The translations under genes were made by a program, and so were the position numbers. Under the pieces are notes generated by a model. The model ran no database searches, was not told the origin of the DNA, and saw nothing but the letters and a program-made list of their open reading frames with translations. From Chrysomallon squamiferum (lineage: Eukaryota > Animalia > Mollusca), in contig CM022671.1 in NCBI GenBank assembly GCA_012295275.1, forward strand, positions 19,468,001 to 19,532,000: a stretch of DNA of 64,000 bases. The letters run 5' to 3'. This document shows positions 15,960 through 31,420 of this stretch, piece by piece (the stretch's first letter is position 1; every line of letters starts with the position of its first letter).

Positions 15960-16180
15960 GCCGGTCGTTCTCGTGGCTTCCATTAATTTATTTCTCGTTC
16001 CAGTCAGTGTTCCATAAATGCCACGATATATGCTTTCTTCTCTGTGGCAAAAAGCGTATGAAAAATCTTTCGTTTTAAACTGATAAGATTAACAAGTAAA
16101 GCGAGGCAGCTAGGTGTAGGTGATATAGCTATCCATCTGTGTTTACGGTGATAGACAGACAGATAGACAGACAGTCAGAT
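15960..16180 (+). mobile_element. Degenerate SINE body with a (GACA/GATA)n tail
   Basis: ttctcgttccagtcagtg...atatgctttcttctctgtgg...tatgaaaaatc resembles the central domain of molluscan tRNA-derived SINEs as I recall it. Followed by a gataga/cagaca tail. Confidence 0.4.
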
Positions 16181-19100
16181 AAATAATAATGTAACTTTAA
16201 CATACTGTTAAAATGTGTAGAGGTTTCTTTAAATGTTAATTAAGTCGTTTTATTCTTGAGATCAGTTTGGTTTACATCAGTAGAACAATATTTTTACAGA
16301 CTAGTGCTTAAAGGAAAATCTTATTGAAATTGTAGAGTTTCTTTACAGAGTTTTTCACATTTAACTTTAAAATATGAAAGATGTTGTTTATTTAGTATGT
16401 GTAATTCAGCAGTGCAATCAACACTGTTGTAATCTGACAACTGGTATTACTGTCACATGCAACCAATTAACATTTACTAACTTATTAACGTAACAACATT
16501 CCCATTCACCATCTGAAATTGCTTTAATTGGCAATGACCTGAAAACAAGCACCTTAACGCCAGCCAGCCAGACTAATAATTTCCATACTTTTAAATCTTT
16601 CTCTCTTATTAGCCATCACCAATAACTGTGCACTTTGTGGATGAGTAAAATTTCAGAAACAGTTACAAAATAATAACTTTATAAAATCACAAGCCACATA
16701 CTTGTACTTAAGAATGACGTGATGTTGCTGATATTTGTAAATGGCGTATCCTTTAGGAATAATTTCTTAATCGTCTTAATGTTTGTTAATCGCTACTTAC
16801 ATGGTGTAATATACTAATATTTAGTGTACGATTTTTCAGAAAATATGTTAACCTGCTCAACGGATTAATGTCTAAGTTATTCAGTCCTACGAAAGACTGT
16901 GTATATAAATATGTATAAGCGTGTGTTTATGTGTTTGTGCGTGCGTGAGTCTCTTTTATTTACTGATCTGATAATAATTAGTATTCTGTATGCATACTCG
17001 GTACCGTTCAATCCTGTTTTAATCAAATGAGAAAGGAAACGTGTTTCTTGTTAACCAGGCCATCATAATTACAGTAAGGTATATGCTTCAGAGGCGCAAA
17101 ATCAGTTTTTGTCTATCATACTGAAAGAATAGTCAGATATTCTTACACAAGCTGTCGACGACCTATGTACAACTGAACTTAACCCCTTTGGTTAAAACCA
17201 AATTACTGTCAAGGGCTGTTTAACAATTGACTATTTTTGTTTTATGTCAGAGAATACTAACCTTTCAATTTTGTGCTCACATAAACTGCGTAATAATTTT
17301 CTGTGGTCTCTGACAACGAAACCTGATATTTCTTGACACCGACAACACGATTATATTTGTCTTGTGATCAGTGAAGGGAAAAGAAAAATGATTCGGTTAA
17401 CATTACAAATAGGATAACAATCAAATGACTATTTGTCGTTATTAAATAACGGTTTGGTTGTCTGGTACTTAGTGTCATCCTGTTTCTAAGACAATCCTAA
17501 ATCCAGTTTCTAACATGTCAGATTAGTTCTGGAAGAGTTCCGGAAAAGTCAATAATTCGTGAAAAAAAAAGTGTTAAACTGATTAAATGAATAAAGATAT
17601 AAACAAAGAAGTATAAATGTTTTTAATGACTTTCAGGATTCGTCTTTTATTTTACCGTTTTAATTCGTCAAACATTTGATTAAGAGTATGTACTTTATCT
17701 TAGAAAATATACCATGGCATGTTATGGCTAGGAGAGTGAAATAGCCCAAATGAGTATACTAAAATAAAATTGATCCAGCATATCTGTGCTTGTGTTCTAA
17801 CAGTCGAGCCTGAGCCGGCCTCTTCTTTAAATGGGATAAATAAGTAACAATATAAACAAAACAGAAAGTATCACTTTCCAGTACAGTAATTAACCGAACC
17901 TAAAATCAACATTATTATTCTAAATTGATTTCCATTTTGAATCCAAAGAGTTTCAATCAGATGATATATTGCGATGTCTAGGCTCTGAGGAAATGTTAGA
18001 CAGCTTTCATTGATTTGTTCTGTTCTCATTTAGACTTTATTATTGAAACGTTGATATATTTCACTTAACATTATTCTTTTATTTTCATGTCAATAGATGT
18101 TGAACAGACTCTTTGATTTTCATTTGAAGGAAAGAGAAACAAGAGTCATTCTATTACTTAATCTTTAACCCATTTTAGTTGTCACACATTAACTGGCTTT
18201 AGTTTCCTTGAATTTTACGTTTGATTACATTTTTAAATAAGAAAGCTTTAAGTATGCAAATTGAGCATTATGTTTTAAGAATCATACAAGGCCATTTTTT
18301 TGCATATAATCTTTCTCTTAACGGTTTTCCGAGGCGGACTCATCAGCAAATGTTACAGCATTCGCTGACGTTGAAGAGGAACATATTGAAATATGTCCAA
18401 TTATATATCTGTCCACAAAATGTTTTCCAAACGCTTTTCAGATGAAACTTCATTCGAAAACATATTGAAATCTTTAAAGCTGGTAAATACATACCATTAT
18501 AATTTACCGTGGACCTAGTTTTCTTAACCTTTATAAGTATTACTTAATATAGCTTCGAAACCTCTGTGATGTCCTTATATTAATCCAACATCAAAGAATA
18601 ATTATTTCAAATATTTATACTGATAATACAGAACGTTTTCTCAATTTGGTTTAATATTTTTTGTTGGCGTTTAAGCTTTTTCATCCATTTCTTTGATAAA
18701 TTTCTTTGAATTTATTATTAACTTTTACTGGCAGTCGACAAATGCGTTTCACTAAGGGTATAAAAAAGAACAAAACAACTTAGATATATTTATTTAGTTT
18801 GGTTTTGCATACTGAGTTTATTTATTTATTATTATTATTTTAGTTTTTTTTTTTGGTTGTTTATTTTTGTTTCGTTATTCCTTGTGATTTTAAACGTCGA
18901 ATTAGTTGGAAAAGATTTAAAGTGATAATGATGTAGATCTGTCATGTTCAATGTGTTTATCTGGTCAAATAACTTTACAATTCTTACATTTCTGCAAGCT
19001 TTGATGGAAATGCATACTTTGAATGAAGATCGATTATCAGTATTAATCTTAATTTTCGATGACATAATAACGAGTAGTTTCAATTTGTTTTCTGTTCGTT

Positions 19101-19274
19101 CAAAGATGTCCTGGTAAAGGTTCAATCAATTAGGCATGAAACATTCGTTCGGTGTTTCCAATTCCGTTCATACTTTCACACCATTTTATTCGATTTTTTG
19201 AAATAATTAAATGCTGGAAGATTATAGATCGCAGATGTGTTGATGGAATTCGCCATATGTTTTGAGAATTTTGA

Positions 19275-19374
<100 letters not shown>

Positions 19375-19499
19375 TAATTACAAATTTAGATGCACTTCAA
19401 TAAGTCCTTATTCGATTGCACAAATAAATGATTTAATAGAAAGGTTAAAGATATAAGAACTGATGTTTTATCAGAAGTGCTAATTTGAGTTCCCATATA

Positions 19500-19918
19500 C
19501 AGAGGTACCTCGACTAACGAGTGCACAAACATACAAGTTTTCTGACTTACGAGCAGTCGGCTGGTTGATTTTCTGCTTTGAATTGCGAGCCAAAATCCGA
19601 GTTATGAGCGAGCTTCAGATACGCCACCGCAGAAGGGGACGTTAAAGGCTATAACTCCAGCCAAAGGCGTTCAAATAATTTGTCTGATCTCCAAGATAGA
19701 TACACTTTACAAAATCAATTTATTACTTTACATTCTCTTTTATTTTGTTTTTTTATACAATATTTGTCATTTATAAATACATTTTTCTTATTTAAAAACA
19801 TGTTACAAAAAAATGGGCTGGGAACAGATTAATGATATTTCAATAAATTTCAGTAGGGAAAACTGAATTACGAGCTCTGTCATGGAACAAATTAAACTCG
19901 TAAGACAAGGTACCAGTG
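19500..19918. mobile_element. Tc1/mariner (Tigger/pogo-like) MITE with TA target-site duplication
   Basis: TA|cagaggtacctcgactaacgag ... ctcgtaagacaaggtaccagtg|TA gives imperfect 22-bp TIRs flanked by TA. Confidence 0.8.
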
Positions 19919-22211
19919 TATTTGTATTGTATCTCTGACGCCTTGACTGCTTCTGTTCTTTGTTCTTTTTCTTTTCCTCTAAAACCCACATATTCTTCTC
20001 TCTGTCTTTTTAAACGAACCTTCTAAGTACTGATACAACTTCAAACAAACAAACAAATAAACAATTACTTTACCTTTACTGCTTTCACGTAATTCAAAAC
20101 GGAATGCATAAACTACGTACTTATTTACACCGGTGTTGTCACAGATGCATGTTACATTAAAAACAAATGCTATCTAACGTACTTAATTAAGTTACTCTTC
20201 TATACCGAATTATTTCCAGTTATCTGTCATTACTTACAAAGCGGTCACTAACGGAGATGTTATTCGCCACACCTTGTAAATAAGAAGATTAACGATCCCT
20301 CTTTGTTTGTCAGGAAGATGAACAGAGGATCCATTATAGAATCTTTATCGGAGATTTGTATCGGCCATAAATGAACGTCTGCACAGCCCGATTAGACATT
20401 TTCCAGATATATTTGTCTTTAAAGAGTATTTTCTTTATGACTTCTTTGTTCTATTTCATATCACTGAAATAATAAAGTGTACAAAGCTGACATTTTATTA
20501 TATTTGCTCTTTTATCATATTTTTCTGAATTGTGGCTATATATAGATATATATTATTCAGAATCAATAGATGGACATCAGCTCCAGACTCAGTATCGTGT
20601 GTTACCAGTGTGGTTTATACCATGATTAGATCCTGTTGTCAGATTTAACCATAACCATTTCCAACGACTTACGTTTCTAACTATTTAACCAAATTATATA
20701 ATTCTTAAACCATTTGGTTGTAAAGAATTTGATCAGTTGTTGATAGAAAAAAAATAATGATGGTTGCGCATATGCATATTTAACGACAAAAATGTAAATG
20801 CAGACACGCACGCACACACACAATCAATTATTGTTTAATATCAATAACTGCTTTAATATATTTAATTAATAAAATGGTAAAAATGTGACTTATTTTGGGA
20901 AAACTGTTTCCGGCCATGGCTGTGGAATTATCACGTAATTACCTGTAGTCACATGATGAGAAATGGGTCATTTTCGCAATTCTTAAAAAGAATCACAAAA
21001 CCTATTTTTGAAAATTTCTGTTATTCTTGTATTCGCTACTCATTGTTATGTTAGTGAGATTATGAAGACTTTGCTGCTGATTTTTCTTTTCCTCAGTTAT
21101 TAGTTAGTATTTACAGACACTATGTCGGCTGTGACAGGATTCTACTTGGGATTTAGTTACATGGGAAAAGTATCTCTTCACCATAGAAAGCTTTAACAAA
21201 ATAAAATTTTAAGCTTTTTATATATTAAACGCTTGATATATATTGGTGCACACACAAAACAAATGTTTTTCTAACATATAAGATTAGTTTTTAACCTGTT
21301 TAGTCGTTCCTTATTTTGAATTCCCTAGAATCATTTCAGATGTTATAGAGTTAGCGTATGGACTATTAGATCCGAACAAAAGACCATAATTTTTATTATA
21401 AACGATAGGAAGTTCTACTGCCCGTGCTAAAAACATTAACCCTGGAACAAAATTTGTTTTCTTGAAAGAACAATGAAATAACATATTAATCGATGGAAGC
21501 GTTATAAAGTGTAATACGAAACCAGATATTGTATTTGCAAATATTAATGTTTGGTATCTCTGGGTTCAGTACACAATTTTCTTAACCTTACCTTAAATTT
21601 TACATACATTATATATTTCAATTGATTATTATCTAAATGCTTATTGATGACAATTACGAAAAAAAAAACATTGAAACACTAGAAATAATGGAGTTTCTTT
21701 GATAACTTTTTTTTATTTTTTTATTTTTATTTTCAAAATGAAAAAAGAAACAAAATACTTATTTATACACACAGTTAAACATTTTATAAGAATATTAACT
21801 GATATCTTTCCATTTAAAAAGATTAATGAAGTTCTTTGCTTATTGAAACTAATATAATCATTTTCAGTGTCAAATATACTTAATTTGTGTTTATAGGCTG
21901 TTTTGGTACATTATGATACATTATCAGGTTTTTCTAAATAAGAATTCGCGATAATGGACCCGAGGAGTGGACAATAATCAAATACACTATGTGTGTCAGG
22001 AACGCCTTGGCTCCTTGCGACTAACAAGTTAATCTTCAGCTGTCAAAAATATATAGCAATCTTAGAATATGGCGCATGACAAGATGATGGATGCTAGAAG
22101 AAAATTTACTCCAGTATTTTTTATCTTGTTTTTAAATATTTTAATATAAATATGGTGGACACAAATTATTATTAATACATAACATCTTATATGGCAAAAT
22201 AACCTTGTTCT

Positions 22212-25147
22212 ATGCCAGCAAATACGAAGAAGGTACGGAAGAAGAAAGAAAACATTAACAAGCTGTTAGAAACGAAAGAAAAGACCGCGTCAGCTTCTCC
22301 GACTAGTACTTAATCGCAAATTTTATTTAGCAGTGCATTAACTCGCTCGCCTGAATACTGAAATCCAGTTTACCAAGTTCAGCCTGTATTACAACACAAA
22401 TTTCCAACATGGACCAACCAGATACGTCAATAACTAAATGAAATATCAAATACACATCTTGTCATTTCGAAGAAGACAGATAAAATAGAAGGTGCTGAGA
22501 AACGATTAAAAATTACTGAAACCAATGTCAATAATTTCAAAATTAAATTGAGTGAGAGTAACAAGAAAATCTTTGAAGAAGCCCTTATGGAAAGAAAGAA
22601 AATAGCGGACGTGATTGAAGCCATGAAGGAAGAGGTAAGCCAAGTTAAGAAATGTCATAATGATATTGACAATTTCCGGTGTTTTTATAAAGATCTGTAT
22701 GAAAATGTGTTAGTTATTCAGACATGATCAATGAGAAACAACCTGATTCTTAACGGGATTATAGAAAATGGCGATGAGGATACAGAGCAAGTATTAAATC
22801 AATTTCTCAAAGAATAAAAGAAAAACGAAAATACTTTTTTTCATTTTGGTGTCTTCGCGAGATTGTGGAATGCAGAAAACGTTTATGGCCTATTTTGTTT
22901 TAGTCTAGACGACATGGACTCCGTGCTACATTAGTTGTTGACAAACTTTTTATTGAAGGAACACGATGGTGTCCAGATACTGAAACACAAGATAGACATA
23001 ACGATTCGAACATTCGAAACTGTAAATCCGAACAAGCGTGTTCGGAATTACTCCTCAACGACGGAAGAGCGTGCCTAGGACAGCCGCAGGGGCGACACTG
23101 GCGACAATAAAGATGAACCGACTGAAGTATCGAACCACCACTGTCACACAAATACAGTTAACACTTCTGACTCTGTAAATATTGTATTTTTAAATGTCTG
23201 TGGCTTGAAAACTAAACTACAGATACCAGAATTTTAAAACTTTTTTAATCAGTGTGATATTTTGTGTTTAGATATTGATAAGGCAGAAAGGTTCTACAGT
23301 ATATACAAATAATAGAAATCAAAAATAAAGTGTTAAATCAGGCAGCATATGCCTAGCTATTTAAAGTAATATTACTTCGAAAGTGCAAATTTTATCAAAA
23401 AACATCTGAATGTGTATTATGGTTTAAATTTAAAGATTTATCCGTATCTAGAAAAACATTTTATATAATTGTTGGTGTTGTATATATACCGCCTGTAGCA
23501 GCTTCTTATTTTAGCAGTTATATTTTTAACGTGTTGCAAGACGAACTTAGTAACGTATCAACTGAGAATAATATTGTGCTCGTCAGCGACTTTAACCCCA
23601 GAACACAGAGACTCACAAATCATATAATGCAATATTGAAACAATTAACATGATAGAAGTTTCAGATGAATTATTTAATTTTATGAACAAGCCAAACGATC
23701 TGCGAAAATTTAGGAATTTCTCTAGAAAGAAAAAGTCAGGATACTGGTAGGCCAAATAGTCATGGATATAAACTTATTGAATTTTGCAAAAATACATGTA
23801 CATTGTAAACGGAAGAGTGAGTAATGATAAAAATATTGGTAAAACAGCAAGTGTCGTTGATTATGCTATAGCCATTCTATGTGTATTAGCGAACATACTA
23901 GAAGCAGATCTACCTCCAAGCGCGGAAATAAGGTATGGCTGGGTAGTCAGTACAGATCACTCAGAAGAAAATACAGAGAAGCCAGAACAACATACAAAAA
24001 CAGGAAAACAATGAATAACAAACAACAGTTTCTAAAGGCCAGTAAACGGTACAAGAATGTAATATTAAAGCATTTAAGAAGACATAACTGGAAAACAGAA
24101 CAGAAACTTACAGATCTTAAAAAATATGACATACGAGCTTTTGGAAATTCGTAAAACACAACAAACTGACTGTGATTTACCAACTTTAGAAACACTATAC
24201 CAATACTTTAAAGATGTAAACATTAGTGATGATCCCACTCCAGAACCAAACTATACCATAGATTTAGAAAGTACTAAATAGTCCTATATAAGAAAGTGAA
24301 ATAATTATAGTTGCTAAATATTTCAACAAGAACAAAGCTTTGGGTCTGGACAATATAATTAATGAATATATTAAGCAAGTTGTTCATTGTACGATGCATA
24401 TATACGTCAAACGTTTTAATTTAATGTTTGAAAAGGATATCTTCCTGACTCGTGGTTAACTGGAATAATTAAGTGAATTTATAAAAGCAATGATAAAACT
24501 AATCCAGACAACTATAGACCTATTACACTACTTAGTTGCCTCGGGAAACTCTTTACCGCTGTATTAAATAATAGACTAAAGTTGTAAATTGAAAAAAATT
24601 AAATACTCTCTGAAGTTCAAGCGGGATTTAGGAAGGATTATTTGACGTATTATCGCATGTTTACATTATACGTATTAACTGAACTGATGGAAGTACGGAA
24701 GAAATTTTTTGTACGTTTTGAAGATTTCAGCAAAGCTTTTGATTCATTGTGGAGAATCGGACTCTGGGGAAAATTAATTCAAAATGGTACAAATGGTAAA
24801 TGTTTCCAGTAATTTACACTATGTATCCAAATATGAAATCTTGTGTCAGTGCACGTAACTCATTAACAGACTATTTCCGCTGTCGTTATAGTATGAGACA
24901 AGGTGAAAATGTATCTTCTATCTCATTGTATCTTAATGATATGGAAAATATATTTAAAATTAATGATTGCCAGGGCATAAACATAGACGAATTGTTCAGT
25001 GATTGTTTGATACATGTATCAGTTGTTCTTTTTGTTTTACTCTCTACCGATTACACTGTACTCCTTGCAGATAATTACCAAGACATGCAAAAATCTCTAA
25101 ATGGTTTTCATTCTTACTGCACTGAGTGGAAAGAACCAATAAACTAT

Positions 25148-25178
<31 letters not shown>

Positions 25179-26354
25179 TAATTTTTAATGGCAACCACAA
25201 AGATTACAAAAAAGTCTTTTATCTTGGTAATATATAAAGTTATAAATATCTATGTTTGAAAGTATTATGTTTGAAAAACTGAATATATTTTCTAAAGCAA
25301 TTAATGTTTTATACATGAGCACAGAAGGCTATGTATTTGATTCTACGAAAAGGAAGATGTCATAATATTTGACTGCATGGTTCTACCAATTCTTCTAAAT
25401 GGTAGCGATATTTGGGGATTTGAAAATTTGTCATTAGTGGAAAAATTATGTAACCAATTTATAAATTGTTATTATCTGTGAGGAAATCCTCTCCGTTGCA
25501 CTTATTAAATGGAGAACTTGGACTTATCCAGTATATATTACTGCAAAAGAAAGAGTGATGATTTACTTGTATCGAATGATCACGGGAAAGCATCTAAGTT
25601 ATCATTACTTGTGTAGAGACTATTACTGAATGAGGTTAACAGTAACATTTTTGATCACAAATGGATATTACATGCTAAATCTATTCTCGATGATGTTGGC
25701 TGTACATACATCTGCTTGTCACTAGTGTTTCTGTGTTAAACCCATGTATCAATACAAGATTTACAGATCAGTATTTAGAGTTTTGTTACTCTGTCATTGA
25801 TAACTCATCCAAAGCTTCAATTTATAAACTATTTAAAAATACTGTCGCATTCGAGACATATTTCAACCTTACATACAAAAATTTGGTGCCCATTATTACG
25901 GTTTAGTTTTTCAAATCATAATCGTCCTACTGAATCGGGAAGATGGAAAAATATATCATTAGAAAATAAAATATGTCTATTGTCTAGTAACTGTGACATA
26001 GGAGATGAGTTCCAATATATATATTTACATGTATGTTTTTTAAGAATCAAAGGAACCGTTACCTGCCATTTTTCTGCCAATCTAAACGAAGCATTCATAA
26101 GTTTTATAAATTATTTAACTCCTACAAAGCTGGTGTCCTTAGACAACTTTGTATTTTCTGTAATCTAATCATGAAGTTTTTTCAAATCCTCTGGCTCATA
26201 TATTGATATATTGTATATATATATTTTTTATTATTATGTACATTATTGTAAATCCATCAGCTTGTTATACTTGTTATAATTGTTTCAATGATAACAATTT
26301 TTTTATGCCGTAGGCTACGGCTTGTGTGTAAATAAAGTTCAGTTCAGTTCAGTT
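22212..26354 (+). mobile_element. Decayed, near-full-length non-LTR retrotransposon (LINE, RTE-X-like): ORF1 plus APE endonuclease/RT ORF2
   Basis: ORF1 remnant: coiled-coil region and SMRNNLILNGI at ~22730. Endonuclease motifs: IVFLNVCGL (~23180), VYIPP (~23480), SDFNPRT (~23583). RT motifs: KALGLDNIINEYIK, NYRPITLLSCLGKLFTAVLNNRL, QAGFRK, DFSKAFD, RQGEN. C-terminal NH..PTESGRW...GDEFQY. Ends in AATAAA plus a (GTTCA)n tail at 26331-26354. Many stops and frameshifts; the 5' boundary is approximate. Confidence 0.9.
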
Positions 26355-29300
26355 ATGTTAGGCAACATGCTTAACAAAAAATCCAGATACTTTGTTTAAT
26401 GTCATGGAAAACAAATGTACCTGAAAGCTTTCCGGAATTCATTTTGATTAATTTTTTATTACCATAATATGAATTTACAAGAACTTGGCTGGAGGATAGG
26501 TTTATTAATTAATGAATATTTGAGCGAATCTCAGAAAACATAGTAATAAATATTTCAAAATTAAAATTTTGGATGTCAGGATACTAAATGTCATTTGTGA
26601 CAGAAAAAAATCTTCTTTGTCAATTTGACATTTCTTTAAGTACACTTTAAATCTTCCTCAAAATATATTTATTTAAAAAAAAAAAAAAAAAAAAATTAAA
26701 AATTAAAAATCAAGAAACAAAAAGTTAATTCTGTTGAAGATACTGATTTTAATAAAAATTTTAAAAAGAATATGATCAGCTATAACAGCCTTTGAGAATA
26801 GAGTTTCTACATTTTTAAAATTATTATTATATATTTTTTTAATCTGTGTATTTCTGAAAATGAAAATAATTATCTTATCATAAATTCTTTATTTATTTAA
26901 CTTAATTTAAAAATTATTCGACATCTTTGTACTAACTCCACTGTATCAGTTAAATATCTTTTTTTTTTTTTTCCCCAGGAAAAAGTAAATGTTCTTTCTT
27001 TGTAACGCCTTTTCATTCATTCATTATTTCACCATTTCTATCTATCTTATATTGATTAACTGATCGAGTGATTGATTTGTGTATTACTTAATCAATTAAT
27101 ACATTTAACAATACTCTAACAAACTGATATATTAATTAATTCATTCATCCATTTTGTCATTTACTCTTTCACAGACGCTTATAATTTCTCGAATCAGATT
27201 TCCTTTCAAAACAATTATCAGAGAAAAAAAAAAAATTAATGAAAAAAGTAACAGAAACAGGTAAGAAAAAGACAGTTACAGAAAAATATTGTTTTGTGAT
27301 AATGACAAATATTGTCAAGTCGGCTTGAAATGATTTATTTCATGTTGAAAATTCATTAGCTTTCATTATTTGATTTTTTTTCTTCAGATATTCCTTGTCA
27401 TTTGTATGATTTTTGAAACACAGACTAATGTTATTTTCTTTCAACACTAAAAGGAAACGCCTTAACTGTTTCAGAATCTTAAATTTATTACGAAATAGCA
27501 TAATTTTTATATATTTAACTGGAATAATCATTATTTTGTATTATTACATATTCAACATGAATTGACAGTCAATAAAGATTAATAAAAATAAAAGAAGTAC
27601 GCGACATCATTATATACAAAAAATATATAAAAAAAAAAAAAAAGAATAAAAACTCAGAAAAAAAAGAAAATAAAGAAAAAAGGGACGAAAGGAATAAAAT
27701 AATCGAAAACAAGTCGATACAGCCAATGATTAAAAATATGTTGAATGTGTTGTTAAATAAAATATCACAGTGACTTTATGGCTGGCCTTCTTTCTTAGTT
27801 AATTAATTTGCGTAGATCACATATTTCATACTTAAGCAACATAACTGTCACTATGCTTTTATTCGCGGGCAGAAAGGTTATGATTACTTAGATAACTGAA
27901 CCAGTGTAACTGTATCAAGAACATAACCGTAGTTGAACAACATTTGAGTAATTAAACTCTGAGGAATAGAGAAACGTAATGATACTATTGCAGTTAGTAA
28001 GTACTCATAAAATACTCTGCTACAAACACCAAACAAGCGGGGATTTTGGCTTGACTGGATAATTTTGTTTTTATATGTTTACCTTACGTCCGATCCGCGG
28101 AAAGGTACCACGATTCCAGTCCTATGCATAAACTGCACATGATATAACCATAGTTAGCAATAAAGCAAATTTAAAAAAAATAAATAAATAAAAAAAAAGA
28201 ATAGAGAGGAAAAATGTAAGCCATAAGCTTAAGATATATATATATATATATACTTATCTTTAGAAACTAAGTATCAACACCATTTAGCAAACACAAAGTT
28301 ATAACAGAAATAATAATTAAAAGAAACATTCATAAATTGATGTCGTGGCAGATTTCGCTCAGTAAATCACAAGACCCGTGCTTGAACTGTATCATAACTA
28401 ATATTCATTCTGAAGACATTATTAGTAATTAAATAGTAAATAATAAAAGAAGACCATAATTATTATTGCTGAGGAAGGAATGATAATGACCGTGTATAGA
28501 TAACAGTATTTGTTCGAAAAGAATTCCGGTTATTATTTTTTGATCCATTTAGCTCCATATATCAATTTGGAGAGAAAGAGAGTTGGATGGAGACACAGTG
28601 AGAGAGAGAGGAAAAATACATGAAGGGGTATCTACGACATTTAAATGAATTATTTGATCCCCTTACACTGTAATGGAAGTTACTGGTGTTTAATCCCACG
28701 TGACAATTGGCAGAGGCAATTATGTTGTGCATAGATAATGCAGAAATATGTAATTTTCTCAATATAACACATACAACTAATACTTTTTGCAGTATTGTAC
28801 ATACTGTCTTTCCAGTTTTAAATCCCTGCTATATTAAGACAAGCGTCACTGAAACGTAATCTTTTAAATATTCCAGATATAACTTGTTACCAGTAACAGC
28901 AAGCTGTAATAAATTTAAAGATGGTTACAAAAATATTATATCAGAAACTGAAGCAAATTATGATTTTTTTTTATCCTCTTGAAATAGAAACAGAGATTGC
29001 CTCTGATAATACATATCATGTAACATTCGTTCTCAGGAACTGCCTGGAATAGAAGTCAATAACGTAAAAAAGAAGATAAAATGACGGTCAAAAGCTACAG
29101 TGGTAATATGGTTCTTTAACTATTTCGCATAATTCGCCAGAAGCTGTAGGCCATGTTCCAGTTGTGATTTATTATCAATCAATTGTTCGAAAGAAAAGCA
29201 ATGTCACGCTTTAATAAGAAATAACATAAAGAATACTCGGCGATCGAATCACGGCTAGGATTATGGACTTCTGTGTGCGCACGTCTTCCAATATAAGTGA

Positions 29301-29662
29301 TACCGGTTCTGCCTTTCTTCGTGTCGTGTTGAATGAAAGAAACGATTTGAACTAAACGTCTTCATAACTTAGAAAAGGAAATCTTTCAGTTGCCTATCTC
29401 TATTTTCGCTATCAAGTGGATGAGAATAACAGTAGAACATTTCCTTGTCTTTTACAGTTTCCGCAGCACGCACTGTCCGCGCCATGCCTGGCTGACATAC
29501 GAGTAAACGAAAGCACGTTGAAGTGACAATGGATTAAAATGTTCTTAAAGATGTCATACACATCGTTTGATATTGGTAAGTATTTGCATATTGATTGGGA
29601 GAAAACACTATTATACGCAGATGTAAACTAAGTTCTAGCATAAAGATGAAAACTGGTTTTTT

Positions 29663-29842
29663 GGTAAAAGTCAGTGCATATACGTAATCCTCTTTTATTA
29701 AATATGTGTGTGTAAATATGTGCATATTGACTGGTAGAAAACAGTATTATAAGTAGATGAAAACAAAGTTTTTGTTTAACGTCTATAAAAATGTAAATTG
29801 CTTTTTAGGTAAAAGTCAATGCATATACGTAATCCTCTTTAT
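29663..29842. repeat. ~33-bp direct repeat
   Basis: ggtaaaagtca(g/a)tgcatatacgtaatcctcttt at ~29663 and ~29808. Confidence 0.7.
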
Positions 29843-30453
29843 CAAAAATGTTATCAGTAATTTTCATTATTTTAAATATGGATCGCGAAATGTCACTTCT
29901 GAAATTTGGAAATCTTTTTAATATTTTCTATCTTATTCTCATGATTATATTCATTTAGTTTCCGGACTATTTCAAAACGGTTTTGTCTTATTGTGAGGTA
30001 ACTAATAAAAGACCCTTCTTTCTTACTGCTAACACTAATAATGGGGTGAATGTATTTCATATTTGACTAAAATTACAACCAAATCTCTCTTATATATAAC
30101 ATTTGGAAAGGAATGAAATAGGTATCATTAGATGTAAACAAGCTTTTGTAGATAACTCCAGAATTAATTAAATGAAGTACATGTTACTTGTATAAGATGA
30201 AAAAAATAATTATATGCGCTGAACTGGTAATTCGTGTTATGGGTATTTAAATGAAGGAAATGGTATACTAATGATATATTTCCTGTAAATATCTTTTTAG
30301 TTTAAAAATAGTCGGCTCTGTTAACAGAATAATCCATACTGGTAAAAACATCCGCTTGATCAGAGAGAAAACAAATCTGTGCCCCTACATATCCGCAACA
30401 AACCATGATATTTTTACTTTTCTTCTTTCTCTTTTCGTTTTTCGTTGTTTCTT

Positions 30454-30484
<31 letters not shown>

Positions 30485-30989
30485 TTATTATTATTAGTAG
30501 TAGTAGTAGTAATCGTAGTAGTAGTAGTAATTGTAGTAGTAGTTGTAGTGGTAGTAGTAATAAAAGTGAATTATTTCGAACTATTGCATCTTTTTGAAAT
30601 TATAGCTAATTTGTATTTTTTTCAGTGTTAAATGCACAGTCATAATTATTGAAAATAAAATGATTAAATTTCTTGCCAACTACATTCGTGATATATGTAA
30701 TCACCTGCAATTCGTTTTTATCTTGATCCATAATTACAGCGTAATATACATGATTTTAATGTAATATTACGATTTAAATCTAAAATTTCACCGCGTATCC
30801 ATGGCCTTTTCTTAAGGCAGTCTTGCGGACAGGAATGCGAAATTCGTAAGTAGAAAGATTTTTGTCAAATTATTCTCAGTTCGTAAGACTTCGGCTGACT
30901 GAGGTCGACATGCAGAAAGTACTGATGAATGTCCTGCCTTAAACAGTTGATACTCGCTAGATGGATAAAGCATGTAAAGTTATTTTATA

Positions 30990-31420
30990 TGATAATCGAT
31001 TTCACATGGGTAATTCGTGTACTTTCGTAAACCATGTTAACTGGGTAATCCATATTAAGAGGGTAACCCATGCTAAAACGGTAAACCATTTAAATGTTTA
31101 AAGACGTTAATCGGTATTAAGTAGGGTTATTTGTGTTACTGTTAGTGATCCAAGTTCAATGCTTAGAATGTTTAATCGGTATTAATCTGGTAATTCCTTT
31201 CAGTTTGGTAAACAGTGTTAAAATGGGTAATCCCTGCTCATTATTTAATTAGTAATCTGTGTTGATTTTTAAGAGACTAATCTGTATTATGTTGGTAATT
31301 CGTGTAATTCAGATTAACTAGTAGTCCAAGCTAAGTATTTAAATATGATAATCGATATCCTGTTAGTAAGTGGTGTTAGTGTGCAATCCATGCAGAATTG
31401 GTAATTAAGGTCTTGAGTAA
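30990..31420. repeat. Degenerate ~18-bp minisatellite (approximately GGTAATCCATGTTAACTG)
   Basis: Recurring ggtaat/ggtaac/ggtaaa followed by ccatgttaa variants. Confidence 0.6.

Noticed and set aside
18310-18350. Minus-strand hammerhead-ribozyme-like core CTGATGAGTCCGCCTCGGAAAACCGTTA
   Set aside because: It lacks the CG of the GGAC-GAAAC junction and stem I cannot form; at best a dead remnant.
26955-26992. Possible 6-nt microexon (ccccag|GAAAAA|gtaaat)
   Set aside because: Weak donor, a poly-T tract typical of this genome's low-complexity DNA, and no supporting context.
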